Virus record (IMG/VR): IMGVR_UViG_3300018080_000098
Coordinates: 285,794-349,793 of that record
DNA length: 64,000 bases
Strand: one strand, 5' to 3'
The notes under the pieces are model-generated. The model saw only the letters and a list, made by a program, of their open reading frames with translations, searched no databases and had not been told where the DNA came from. How positions within the stretch are numbered: the stretch's first letter is position 1; every line of letters starts with the position of its first letter. The position numbers and the translations under genes were made by a program. Below are positions 26,686 to 35,231 of the stretch, piece by piece.

Positions 26686-27234
26686 TTATGACTCCATGAC
26701 TACCACGAAGGGTAGGTGCTCGAGAAAATCGAAGTTGTTGAACATCTCCTGCTCCACGGGACCACATCCGGAACCGTAGCCCAGCAGGTAGACTTCTTTC
26801 GTGTCGTGGGGAGGGAAGCAGCGCATCGAGGCACCGTAGCTTCTAGCTTTCTCTACCATTAATTCGATGACCGCTTTGCCAAACGCTGCTGGATCCTGCT
26901 CCTCCAGATCGAACAGCTTCTCCTGTTCTTCCTTGGGAACGTTCATGGTTTGGAGTGCGTCCTCCACATCGCGGATATAGTACCGCTCTCGGCACATAAA
27001 CACAAGCCTACTAATAACGTCATCAATCTGACGCTGCTCCTGAATATCCTTCCATAGCTGCTCCGCTAACATGCGTGCAGTGATGGTGTCCTCTTCATCA
27101 TCCCAAGCTCGGGACTCGTAGCCTTCTGGGAAAAAGATTTCCTCCACATCCTCTACCGACTCCGGGCGCGATGGAAGAATGACCACGAAGCTCGAGGAAC
27201 TCGAATTGCTAACGAAACCGGTGCGGATTTTCAT
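26686..27234 (-). CDS. MKIRxGFVSNSS-motif protein 3
   Basis: Begins MKIRTGFVSNSSSSSF. Confidence 0.8.
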   Translation of the reverse strand: MKIRTGFVSNSSSSSFVVILPSRPESVEDVEEIFFPEGYESRAWDDEEDTITARMLAEQLWKDIQEQRQIDDVISRLVFMCRERYYIRDVEDALQTMNVPKEEQEKLFDLEEQDPAAFGKAVIELMVEKARSYGASMRCFPPHDTKEVYLLGYGSGCGPVEQEMFNNFDFLEHLPFVVVMES

Positions 27235-27551
27235 AGCTCACCCCACTCGTGCCAGGTGGCGTAGTTGTCGTCGACTTCCACGTGGTCCAGCGATACGCCG
27301 ATCGCTTCCAGGAAAGCTTCCATGTCGATGTTGTCCATGATGGTGCTACCCTCGACTGTAGTGTCCGTTTCGTGGATCGCCCACTCATCACTGTCCCGAG
27401 GTTTGTAGCGCTGCCCGTATTTCGCGGGGTCTTTTTTGATTTTGTGCAGGTGGCTCTTGATGAGCTTGATTTGGGCAGGGCTTATCCACTCCTTCTGAAT
27501 TACGAAGGATGAGCTCGAGCTATTGCTCACGAAGCCTACTCGGACTTTCAT
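27231..27551 (-). CDS. MKIRxGFVSNSS-motif protein 4
   Basis: Begins MKVRVGFVSNSSSSSF. Confidence 0.8.
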   Translation of the reverse strand: MKVRVGFVSNSSSSSFVIQKEWISPAQIKLIKSHLHKIKKDPAKYGQRYKPRDSDEWAIHETDTTVEGSTIMDNIDMEAFLEAIGVSLDHVEVDDNYATWHEWGEL

Positions 27552-27560
27552 CGTCTGCTC

Positions 27561-27914
27561 CTACCAATACATCTGTAACCCTGCCGCCTCGTCACCAGCG
27601 GCCAGTATTTTCTTTTTGACTTCTTCCCAAGCGTCGTAAATTTTGTCGTGCAAGTCGTCGTCGAATGCGCACTCGTCGGGGAAGTCTGCATGATCCATCG
27701 CCATCTCTACCCACGACATTCCACCATCACCGTAAGTGGCGAACGCCATGAAAGTACGCCCAAGAAGTTTGATGTTCCCCTGCTCAAAGAAGTCCGCGAT
27801 AGCATCCTCCAACGGAGTTAGCGTCGGCTTTACCTTCTCCCATGTTTCCGTTGTTGCAAGCAACAGGAAGCTTGCAGAGCTCGAGTTGCTAACGAAACCT
27901 GTGCGGATTTTCAT
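27561..27914 (-). CDS. MKIRxGFVSNSS-motif protein 5
   Basis: Start moved to ATG 27914; begins MKIRTGFVSNSSSASF. Confidence 0.8.
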   Translation of the reverse strand: MKIRTGFVSNSSSASFLLLATTETWEKVKPTLTPLEDAIADFFEQGNIKLLGRTFMAFATYGDGGMSWVEMAMDHADFPDECAFDDDLHDKIYDAWEEVKKKILAAGDEAAGLQMYW

Positions 27915-27928
27915 GCCCGTCTCCTTTA

Positions 27929-28279
27929 CTACCAATCGTCTCCGTTGGTAGTCACCAGGTCTGGATTCTCCATCAGCTTATGCGCCGTGTCCGACCACGC
28001 TCTGTGGACGTCCGTACCGAAACGTTCAGAAGGAGGGCCATCGTAGTTATGCGTATCCTCTTCCTCCATCCACGTGGACCAACTCGTAGAGTGGCTACTC
28101 CACGTAGAGAAGGACACGATGTCGATACCGCAGAAGTTGTCCTTTTGCATGATGGCTTCCGCTACCGCGATTTGAAAAGGTTCGAGCCCTCTTTTCACCT
28201 TCTCCCAGTTCTCCGCTGTCGTCGTGAGAACGAAAGAGGAAGAGCTCGAGTTGCTAACGAAACCAGTGCGAATTTTCAT
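27929..28279 (-). CDS. MKIRxGFVSNSS-motif protein 6
   Basis: Begins MKIRTGFVSNSSSSSF. Confidence 0.8.
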   Translation of the reverse strand: MKIRTGFVSNSSSSSFVLTTTAENWEKVKRGLEPFQIAVAEAIMQKDNFCGIDIVSFSTWSSHSTSWSTWMEEEDTHNYDGPPSERFGTDVHRAWSDTAHKLMENPDLVTTNGDDW

Positions 28280-28357
28280 AATACTTTCCTCCTACGTCCA
28301 TTCCCGGTGGGTGAGCACCGAACCATTCAGATACGTGAGCGATTGGTGTACGTTCTC

Positions 28358-29152
28358 CTAAAACTCAAAGGTGGCCCCTTTCCCTACGAAGCCCCAAAAG
28401 CCTGCTTCTACAGCTTTTTCTTGCCACTCTTCCCATTCTTTAATGATGTTGTCATGATAATGAACGAGCCTCATTTTTCCCTTCGTATCCGAATTGAGCT
28501 CACAGAGCTCCTCAAAGTGGGCGTGTACCCCCGATTTAAAGGGAAGTGTTTCTACATCATGAAAAATGATTGCTGCTTCGTTGTAGAAGTCGCGGATCTG
28601 GTTGGGCGCATGCTGGGTATCTGTCGTCAGAAAAACTTTTTCATCTGTGGAAGCTCTGAACATGAGTCCGAAAGATGGCTCAAATGTGAACGCATTCACA
28701 AAATGGATCATTTGTATGAGGCGGAAGTTTGGGCAGCTGGCTTCGGAGGGGATCACGAAAGATTGGTTGCGCTCGATAACATGGACATCGAAGTACGTAT
28801 CGAGCGTGGCGCGTTTCACTTGGAGGGAAGCGAGTCCAGCACTCAGACCGCGTTCCCATAGGGCGTCCACCATGAACTCAGAGATGAACATGTCGGGACG
28901 CCCTTTGTACCGGGGGTCGAAGTAGGAGGAAAACGCCAAGTATTCCAGGCCACCGATGTGGTCCGCATGCAGATGCGAAATGTACACTCCGTTGATGTCT
29001 AGGTAACTAAGTCCTTGAGCTGCGAGGGAGAAACGTATGTCACCACCGCAGTCGATGAGGAGCTTGTAGCCACGGTCGAATTCGATGAGTGCGTTCGTCT
29101 GGAAGTTTTCCAGAGTAAAAGCGTTGCCGGTTCCGAGCCAGGTAATTTTCAT
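28358..29152 (-). CDS. MBL-fold metallo-hydrolase, Apyc1-like cyclic-nucleotide phosphodiesterase
   Basis: GTGNAF, LLIDCG, HLHADHIGGLE (HxHxDH), TTDT, FHD...GVHA, HYHDN; start moved to ATG 29152. Confidence 0.8.
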   Translation of the reverse strand: MKITWLGTGNAFTLENFQTNALIEFDRGYKLLIDCGGDIRFSLAAQGLSYLDINGVYISHLHADHIGGLEYLAFSSYFDPRYKGRPDMFISEFMVDALWERGLSAGLASLQVKRATLDTYFDVHVIERNQSFVIPSEASCPNFRLIQMIHFVNAFTFEPSFGLMFRASTDEKVFLTTDTQHAPNQIRDFYNEAAIIFHDVETLPFKSGVHAHFEELCELNSDTKGKMRLVHYHDNIIKEWEEWQEKAVEAGFWGFVGKGATFEF

Positions 29153-29472
29153 GGTACACTCCATGTTCTTTTGGGTTCGTCTGTAGGAACCTCGAACGGT
29201 GAAAAACCGTACTCTTCTTCAAACACGTACCATACCATCCCGAAGGTCCAGGTACGAAAAATGCTGTCCCGCATACGCTTGCAAGACATACACGTCTTCG
29301 CTTCAAACCACGACCCATCGCAGCAACCCTTTACGTGCTCGTAGTGCTCACCGGGACAAATGAGCTCCCAACACTCTCCGCAGCGGTGCTTTTTGCGCGC
29401 CTTGCGGATGGTGATTGTACACGGGTCGACAGGTTCCGCGTCGTAACCACCGTCTATGCAGCTCTCGTACAC
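29149..29472 (-). CDS. Cys-rich phage protein
   Basis: RKARKKHRCGEC...CMSC. Confidence 0.65.
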   Translation of the reverse strand: MYESCIDGGYDAEPVDPCTITIRKARKKHRCGECWELICPGEHYEHVKGCCDGSWFEAKTCMSCKRMRDSIFRTWTFGMVWYVFEEEYGFSPFEVPTDEPKRTWSVP

Positions 29473-29484
29473 AGGAAGAATTCC

Positions 29485-30894
29485 TCAGAACTTGATTTGG
29501 ATAGTCCCAAATGGGTCCGTGTCGCTACCGAAGATGGTGCTAGTACCATCTCGGAAGAAGTCTTTCCTATGAAGGTAAGCGTACCCTCCGCTAACCCTCT
29601 CGATTTTCACCCATTTGCTGTTTGCAAACTCCAGTTTCAGCTTCGTTTTTCCATCGGGCGCGAGTACCCAGTAGCTCCCCTCACTCACCCGAGAGATGTC
29701 GAGGACGGTGATAAACATTTCGTGGTCGGTCGCGTGGGTGTAAAAACGGAACCGGTCCAGCGGACCGTTCACGAACCCCTTTCCGATGAACAATTGCAGC
29801 CTCTCTTTCAGAGTGTCTACAAAAGTGGTCAGCTCCTTCAAGGAGCCGTCGGGGTTAGGCTGCAAATGGTGCCACATCCATTCACGGAGCTGGGTACGCA
29901 CTTCATCGTCCCATTCCATTTTGGAAAGAGAGTGTGGGCTGGAGGTGATGTGACGCTGAGCGATACGTTTGATGCTACCAGGAACTGTTACTTCTTCCTC
30001 TTCCTTTTCAGAGTAGACTTCGTCCCACGTTTTTTGAAGGGTAGTGGGGAAGTCCGCCTTGGTTGGCGCCACGTTAGCAGGAGGGGATGCTGTGTCAAAT
30101 CCAGCTTCCTTTCTTCTTGAATATGGCCAGAGATGCTCCGGGATCCCGAAAGCTGTCAATTTCGCTTGTGTAAGCTCACCGTATTCATCTGCGTAGCTCC
30201 AAATCTTTGTTGGGGGCCCCGAAGTTGTTGTAGGTGTCCACAAGTGCCCACACGATGCGTTCTCAGCGTCGCAGATGGCACACGTACCCTTCTCCACAAG
30301 AGCTCCCATCGAGTGGCCTTTGCTGGGCGTTTTTTCTGGCTCCTGTCGCTCGTAGAAGAAACCTTGGTACTTCAGTGACTTCGGCGGCTTGAGCTCCTTG
30401 GGCTCGTTGGTACCCCTGATTGCCACCCTTTCCATCATGTGGGCGTGATCTTGTTCACCCGCTGCGATAAAGGTATTCTTGATCGTCTCCCACTTCATCT
30501 CCACAGGCTCGTCGAAAATAAACTTTATCTTCGGTCGCTCCAGCAAATCCACCACGAGCTGCGCGGGCAGCCGCATTTTCTCGAAGCCCTCTTCTTGACA
30601 AAGAGCAAACTCGCGCTGTACCTGCAAGAGGTCCCATGCTTTTTTGTTCCACCATCTCCCGCGCCTCAACACCTCCTCAACCAAGGATAAGGGAAGCACT
30701 ATACTTCCGTCTTTCGTAGTCCGGTCGTGACGGTACTTTTTCTGAACGTGCGTATGCCAAGTTACTACCTGCTTAGCCCGAACCAGTAGGTCCTGAAGCT
30801 CCTCCGTCAACTTTCCGGGCCAGACGGACTTGTCTCGCGCTTTGATGGAAAACTTGAAGCTGGGAAATTCGTCGTTGTTTTTGTTCGCTGGCAT
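29485..30894 (-). CDS. Hypothetical protein
   Basis: 469-aa ORF, GAGGAG RBS, internal CAIC...C..H. Confidence 0.7.
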   Translation of the reverse strand: MPANKNNDEFPSFKFSIKARDKSVWPGKLTEELQDLLVRAKQVVTWHTHVQKKYRHDRTTKDGSIVLPLSLVEEVLRRGRWWNKKAWDLLQVQREFALCQEEGFEKMRLPAQLVVDLLERPKIKFIFDEPVEMKWETIKNTFIAAGEQDHAHMMERVAIRGTNEPKELKPPKSLKYQGFFYERQEPEKTPSKGHSMGALVEKGTCAICDAENASCGHLWTPTTTSGPPTKIWSYADEYGELTQAKLTAFGIPEHLWPYSRRKEAGFDTASPPANVAPTKADFPTTLQKTWDEVYSEKEEEEVTVPGSIKRIAQRHITSSPHSLSKMEWDDEVRTQLREWMWHHLQPNPDGSLKELTTFVDTLKERLQLFIGKGFVNGPLDRFRFYTHATDHEMFITVLDISRVSEGSYWVLAPDGKTKLKLEFANSKWVKIERVSGGYAYLHRKDFFRDGTSTIFGSDTDPFGTIQIKF

Positions 30895-30904
30895 TAGCTT
30901 CTCC

Positions 30905-32026
30905 TCAATAAATGTCGAACTCCGGACACTGCCGACAACCCGACACCAAACACTTCTTACCCTTCGCCGTTGCCAGGAGCTCCTCGCGCCACTTCACCGT
31001 CCGCGGATGATACCACACGTCCCGCAGAAAGTCCTCTGCCTCGATCACGTCGATACCCTCGAAGCCGCTTTCTTCGAGGAAAGAACAGGGAAACATACGA
31101 CCTCTTACATCCACGTAAACCGAGAACAGCGTGGACTCGCAGGGCTCTGCCAACATCTCGTACTGTTCGTAGTTTTCCGAATCCTCCACCGACTTGAGAA
31201 ATAGGGGTGCGGAGCAGCTGTCGAAGCCGATGCCAACACCCTTGTCCATGGCTGTCTGCACGAGCTTCTGGTACTTAGCAGCGCTTCGGAGTGGTGTAAA
31301 GGACTTACCACGCCCAGCGGGTTTGAGGGCGAGGAAGACGATGGCCCTGAGCCCCTTCAGACGCGGGTCGTTCTTGGCGTCCTCGAGGAGCTCGAAGCAA
31401 GAGTCGTACGTTTCCTCGCAGAGCAGCTGGTGAATGTTGACCTGCTCGAGACCAGCTTTCGACAGTTGCTCTACGGCGTCGTAGCACACGTCCTTCGGGT
31501 CGTACCGGGACACCGCGACCGCGCCACACAGGTTCGCCAGCGCAGCGTACTTGTCGTCGTCCATCCGCGCGCCGTTGATGGTCACGTTTGGGATGACGCC
31601 GTTTTCTCGGCAGTGGCTGAAGATGGCCCACAGGTCGGGGTTGGCGTCGATGGAGCCGATGCCAAAGGCGATCTGAGTTAGTGGTTTTGGGAGTTTCTCG
31701 AAGACCTTTTTGAAGGTTTCGAGGGACATGTTTTCCCCAGTTGGGCGGTTGGACTTGTAGCAGAATTTGCACGGGGTCCCAGTGATGCCGTCACAGACAG
31801 TGGACAGCTCGATATCTGCGAGCTCGGGGCCCCAGGGTGCCATTTCCGGGTCATCCTTTTTGGTGGCCCCCCACCGAGCGAAGAAACCATCGTCCTTCCG
31901 AAAAATGTAGTTGTAGTTTTCGGACGCGAGGGCTTTCAGGTGTGAAGACTCTTGGATTCTACAAGTGGGAATGCTTTCTAGGAAGGCCAAGCGGTTTTCA
32001 AACGTGGGGTCTGATTTTGTGGTCAT
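30905..32026 (-). CDS. Radical SAM enzyme with SPASM/twitch-like C-terminus
   Basis: CX7CX2C motif (CDGITGTPCKFC), PNVTING, C-terminal CES...FPCSF...CLVSGCRQC. Confidence 0.85.
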   Translation of the reverse strand: MTTKSDPTFENRLAFLESIPTCRIQESSHLKALASENYNYIFRKDDGFFARWGATKKDDPEMAPWGPELADIELSTVCDGITGTPCKFCYKSNRPTGENMSLETFKKVFEKLPKPLTQIAFGIGSIDANPDLWAIFSHCRENGVIPNVTINGARMDDDKYAALANLCGAVAVSRYDPKDVCYDAVEQLSKAGLEQVNIHQLLCEETYDSCFELLEDAKNDPRLKGLRAIVFLALKPAGRGKSFTPLRSAAKYQKLVQTAMDKGVGIGFDSCSAPLFLKSVEDSENYEQYEMLAEPCESTLFSVYVDVRGRMFPCSFLEESGFEGIDVIEAEDFLRDVWYHPRTVKWREELLATAKGKKCLVSGCRQCPEFDIY

Positions 32027-32049
32027 AGTAATGTTGCTCCTCGTAATAA

Positions 32050-32114
32050 TTGCCTTGCATTACCAAACAGTGCCTAGCCCAACTCGACGTGAGCACGCCG
32101 TACTGAGCGCGGCA
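32050..32114 (-). repeat. (N)GY-NN pentamer tract T8
   Basis: TGCcg CGCtc AGTac GGCgt GCTca CGTcg AGTtg GGCta GGCac TGTtt GGTaa TGCaa GGCaa. Confidence 0.85.
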
Positions 32115-32122
32115 GAGTATTT

Positions 32123-32151
32123 AAGCTACCAGCTCTATTTTACTGCGTCAA
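32123..32151 (-). promoter_or_regulatory. sigma70-type promoter driving tract T8 and the radical SAM operon
   Basis: TTGACG-N17-TAGCTT; tract begins 8 nt downstream of the -10 box. Confidence 0.65.
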
Positions 32152-32159
32152 GAAAATAA

Positions 32160-32783
32160 TCAGCCATCCAGCTGCGGAATCAGGAAGCTCACGAAGCACA
32201 CGCCGACGAGAACAGTACCGAATTTGTCGTCCACGACGAGGTCTTTGATGTGGTACTGCTGGTTGGCCATGAAATAGTGCTTGTTGCCTACGATGTGGCT
32301 AGACTGACTAGCCGGTCCGTAGCGACGCTCGAACAGACCGTTCATCGACTGGGTGAGCATCTTCCGAGCCTTCTCCGTAGAGCCACACCCTTCGTACTCA
32401 CAGGCGAAGCCGCCCACAAGTTCGTCAGAACGCTCTTCAGCAGGAAATGTCTTGTACACATCAAACGTGGCCACCCCCGCACAGAGGTGCTGCCCTTCTT
32501 CGCCGTTCATCTGGGCCATAATGCACTCGAGCACCATCCCGTGGTGCATGAGGCCCTGCTCCTGTGCGTCCTGGAGGGTGATCTGCTCCGCTTCCTTCGG
32601 AATCACACTCGTGTATTTTACGATGTTGCAGTTCTCGATGCCACCCTCGAGCAACGCGATGTCGTAGTCGGTCGTCTCCCACGGATCCGACCCGGGGCCG
32701 AAGTTGCTCTGCCCGGCGCCCGCGACGACGATGTATTTCTCGGGAATGCAGCTGGCTGTTCGGATCAGCTTGTGCTCACTCAT
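32160..32783 (-). CDS. pdaD: Pyruvoyl-dependent arginine decarboxylase
   Basis: ALLEGGIENCNIVKYTSVIP with Thr-Ser self-cleavage site as in chlamydial AaxB; G..LECIMA and GFACEY motifs. Confidence 0.8.
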   Translation of the reverse strand: MSEHKLIRTASCIPEKYIVVAGAGQSNFGPGSDPWETTDYDIALLEGGIENCNIVKYTSVIPKEAEQITLQDAQEQGLMHHGMVLECIMAQMNGEEGQHLCAGVATFDVYKTFPAEERSDELVGGFACEYEGCGSTEKARKMLTQSMNGLFERRYGPASQSSHIVGNKHYFMANQQYHIKDLVVDDKFGTVLVGVCFVSFLIPQLDG

Positions 32784-33366
32784 TCTCGTCTCCTATAATT
32801 CTCGGATTCCCGACAGCGTAGCCATGCTTGTCGTACTCCGTGGGCCAACGTTGCAGCGCGAGTATCTGAACTCGCTTCTCATTGGTAATTTTGAGAGCGT
32901 GCTGCTCATCTCTGGCTAGCACACCATTCAATACCATGAACTCTGTGCTGTTTAAGCGCTCCTCTACTTCCTTGCTTTCACCGTTGGCCCAAAAGCGTTT
33001 GTGCGAGGACTTCCAACCTTTGGAGTCGGGGACGGGCGGACCGTAAAAGGAAACTTTATTTCTGGCTTTGAGAGCGTCTGCGAGTGATTTGCGACGGACC
33101 GCGGAAGTCTCACCATCCTTCGACATAAAGACATAGAAGCCGTACTTATCTTTTGGCACCTCCGGGAAGGCTGCGTCAACTTCCCAAGTTTCGACACGGT
33201 AATCCGGAGTGTACCGGTAGCTACCATCCTCGTTACAAACGTTTTCACCGTCTTCCTTTTCGGTGTTGTGGAGTTTGCAGAACTCGTGTGCTTTTTCTTT
33301 GGTGGAGAACATGGCGGCGATTCCGTAGTCAGAATACTCACCACATGTTACTACATATACTTCCAT
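32776..33366 (-). CDS. Hypothetical phage protein
   Basis: MEVYVVTCGEYSDYGIAAMFSTKEKA; follows tract T9. Confidence 0.7.
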   Translation of the reverse strand: MEVYVVTCGEYSDYGIAAMFSTKEKAHEFCKLHNTEKEDGENVCNEDGSYRYTPDYRVETWEVDAAFPEVPKDKYGFYVFMSKDGETSAVRRKSLADALKARNKVSFYGPPVPDSKGWKSSHKRFWANGESKEVEERLNSTEFMVLNGVLARDEQHALKITNEKRVQILALQRWPTEYDKHGYAVGNPRIIGDENE

Positions 33367-33369
33367 GGG

Positions 33370-33439
33370 TTACCTAACCTTGCATCACGTGGGCGTGCTG
33401 TGCGCAACCGCGCATGAGCTTGCAGCACTCGGCCGCTCC
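33370..33439 (-). repeat. (N)GY-NN pentamer tract T9
   Basis: GGAgc GGCcg AGTgc TGCaa GCTca TGCgc GGTtg CGCac AGCac GCCca CGTga TGCaa GGTta GGTaa. Confidence 0.8.
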
Positions 33440-33448
33440 TCGAGACGT

Positions 33449-33726
33449 TTATGGGCGTTTGTTGATTTTACGTACTTCGTCGATCGCTTCCAGCACAAAC
33501 TGCAAGCGCTTCTCGTCTTTAGCTACCAAGCGATTGCGCTCAGCAATCGCTACTTGACGATCACACACGGAGTTTGGGTAGTGCTTGATCCACCCTTCGT
33601 GTGTAGTCAGACGTCGAAGTGTGTTCTTGTTGTCACATTTGTACACTCGGTACTCTGTGACAAAAACACCAGCGTCTACTCCCTCAAAACTAAGATGCGC
33701 CCTGTATTTGAAAAAATGTTGTACAT
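33449..33726 (-). pseudogene. Hypothetical gene with apparent frameshift at a T6 run
   Basis: RBS-backed ATG 33726 frame stops after 16 codons; adding one T joins it to the open frame ending at 33449. Confidence 0.45.
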
Positions 33727-33731
33727 CGTAA

Positions 33732-33796
33732 TCTCCTTGCGTTGCCTTACTGCACAGCTCCCTACCTTTCCAGACCAGGCGTTGCTCCGCTCTGCA
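33732..33796 (-). repeat. (N)GY-NN pentamer tract T10
   Basis: TGCag AGCgg AGCaa CGCct GGTct GGAaa GGTag GGAgc TGTgc AGTaa GGCaa CGCaa GGAga. Confidence 0.8.
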
Positions 33797-33809
33797 GTAG
33801 AATACCTCG

Positions 33810-34001
33810 TTAAAGCTCGTCGGCTCTCATGCTCTTCTTCCAAACGACCGCTCCGTTCTCGTCGAGAATGCGGAGCTCCGCTTGGACAGCTTTGTCAACT
33901 CGAGGAATTTCGTCGTCGCTGGAAGCCCACGAAAAATGGGATGCCAGGGCCTCCGCTACTTGCCGTAGCCTGCTTACCAAGTGCCTACGTTCTTCTGACA
34001 T
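33810..34001 (-). CDS. Hypothetical protein
   Basis: Start moved to ATG 34001 (MSEERR) behind tract T11. Confidence 0.6.
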   Translation of the reverse strand: MSEERRHLVSRLRQVAEALASHFSWASSDDEIPRVDKAVQAELRILDENGAVVWKKSMRADEL

Positions 34002-34002
34002 C

Positions 34003-34057
34003 TCGCCTTTCCTTGCACCGCCCGGCCCGACTGTGCTACGCCAAGCCACCTATAGCC
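34003..34057 (-). repeat. (N)GY-NN pentamer tract T11
   Basis: GGCta TAGgt GGCtt GGCgt AGCac AGTcg GGCcg GGCgg TGCaa GGAaa GGCga. Confidence 0.75.
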
Positions 34058-34085
34058 TCTATTTTACAATACACCGCGAGTTACT

Positions 34086-34631
34086 TTAATGGGTCTGTGG
34101 TGAAACCCGTTTTGGTACCCACTTTAACTTGGTAGAAGGCACCCTCCAGACAATATCCGCGCGAACACCATCTACCCGGTAGGATAGTCTACCATTGGGA
34201 TCATCGAGTAGATCTTGGACCCGAAGGACGCAGGCGTTCGCTTTCGCGTGCCATAGTTGGCGGTACGCAGGCGCATACTTGCTGATAGGTCTCCCTGTGA
34301 TGTAGGAACAGTTGTACGGAACGACCCCGTCGCCAGGAAAGCCGCCACGTATGGCAACGTTCCAATCGTTGTCTGTTCCCATTGGATGACAGTCGCTCAT
34401 CGCAAGCTCGTACTTCCTGCAGTAACACTTTTCACAAACGTTGTCTTGCTTCTCCTCGAAGTGCTTAACCCTTTCCGAAAGCTTGCGAATCAGCTTGCGC
34501 TGCGTAGCCTTCTGCATCTGCAGACGTGCTACCTGCTGCTTGAGCGCACACGCTTGGCCGCAGGGCTGCATTTCTGTAGCACCGCCAGTGCAGCTACTTA
34601 GCAAAAACAACCATACAATGATGTACCTCAT
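34086..34631 (-). CDS. Probable secreted lipoprotein
   Basis: Start moved to ATG 34631; MRYIIVWLFLLSS/C lipobox-like N-terminus. Confidence 0.65.
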   Translation of the reverse strand: MRYIIVWLFLLSSCTGGATEMQPCGQACALKQQVARLQMQKATQRKLIRKLSERVKHFEEKQDNVCEKCYCRKYELAMSDCHPMGTDNDWNVAIRGGFPGDGVVPYNCSYITGRPISKYAPAYRQLWHAKANACVLRVQDLLDDPNGRLSYRVDGVRADIVWRVPSTKLKWVPKRVSPQTH

Positions 34632-34640
34632 ACTATACGA

Positions 34641-34670
34641 ACTCCTTGCATTGCCGGGCCTTGACATGCC
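34641..34670 (-). repeat. Degenerate (N)GY-NN tract T12
   Basis: GGCat GTCaa GGCcc GGCaa TGCaa GGAgt; phase is disrupted further upstream. Confidence 0.5.
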
Positions 34671-34740
34671 CACGCAAACCCACCCAGTGCTTCTATGGCA
34701 GACCAGTACTCGAGCTCAGTCGTCGGATGTTTTTTCAGCA

Positions 34741-35205
34741 TTAGCGTAATCCCTTCAGTAATGCCTCCACGCGATCGGGGGCTAGTTGCTGCAGCCGTTG
34801 CTCCGCTCGTTCATAAAAAGCGGGCGGACGTCCTGCTGCAGTAATAGTTAGTACCGCAAGTAGAAGGCTGATGGACAGCCGTTCCAGGTCAACGAGACAA
34901 AGAAGCTCATCTACGCACACAAACCTCCCAGCCAACAGCTGATTATCTACCCTGCGGAACAGCATATCGATAGCTGAATCGGTTTCCTCTGCACAACGGT
35001 ACCAGTCAAGCAGCCAAAGACTGTTCGTGAACTCTCCGTGCTCCACCCAGTAGGCGTACTCTCCCCACGTCATCCCCAGGAAGTCGTGGAGCTCTTTTCC
35101 GGACCCTCCCTTGTGCCACTCGTCGATGTAGGCGTCGATTTCTTCGGCGCGCACGAGCCCCTTCAAATATTTGGCTGTGAAACTCTTTGGAGGTCTTACC
35201 TGCAT
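34741..35205 (-). CDS. Hypothetical protein
   Basis: Start moved to ATG 35205 (MQVRPP; GGAG RBS). Confidence 0.6.
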   Translation of the reverse strand: MQVRPPKSFTAKYLKGLVRAEEIDAYIDEWHKGGSGKELHDFLGMTWGEYAYWVEHGEFTNSLWLLDWYRCAEETDSAIDMLFRRVDNQLLAGRFVCVDELLCLVDLERLSISLLLAVLTITAAGRPPAFYERAEQRLQQLAPDRVEALLKGLR

Positions 35206-35231
35206 TGGCGCTCCACGTAAGACGCTAGGAG

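Noticed and set aside
28285-28355. Intergenic gap checked for a pentamer tract
   Set aside because: No consistent NGY phase.
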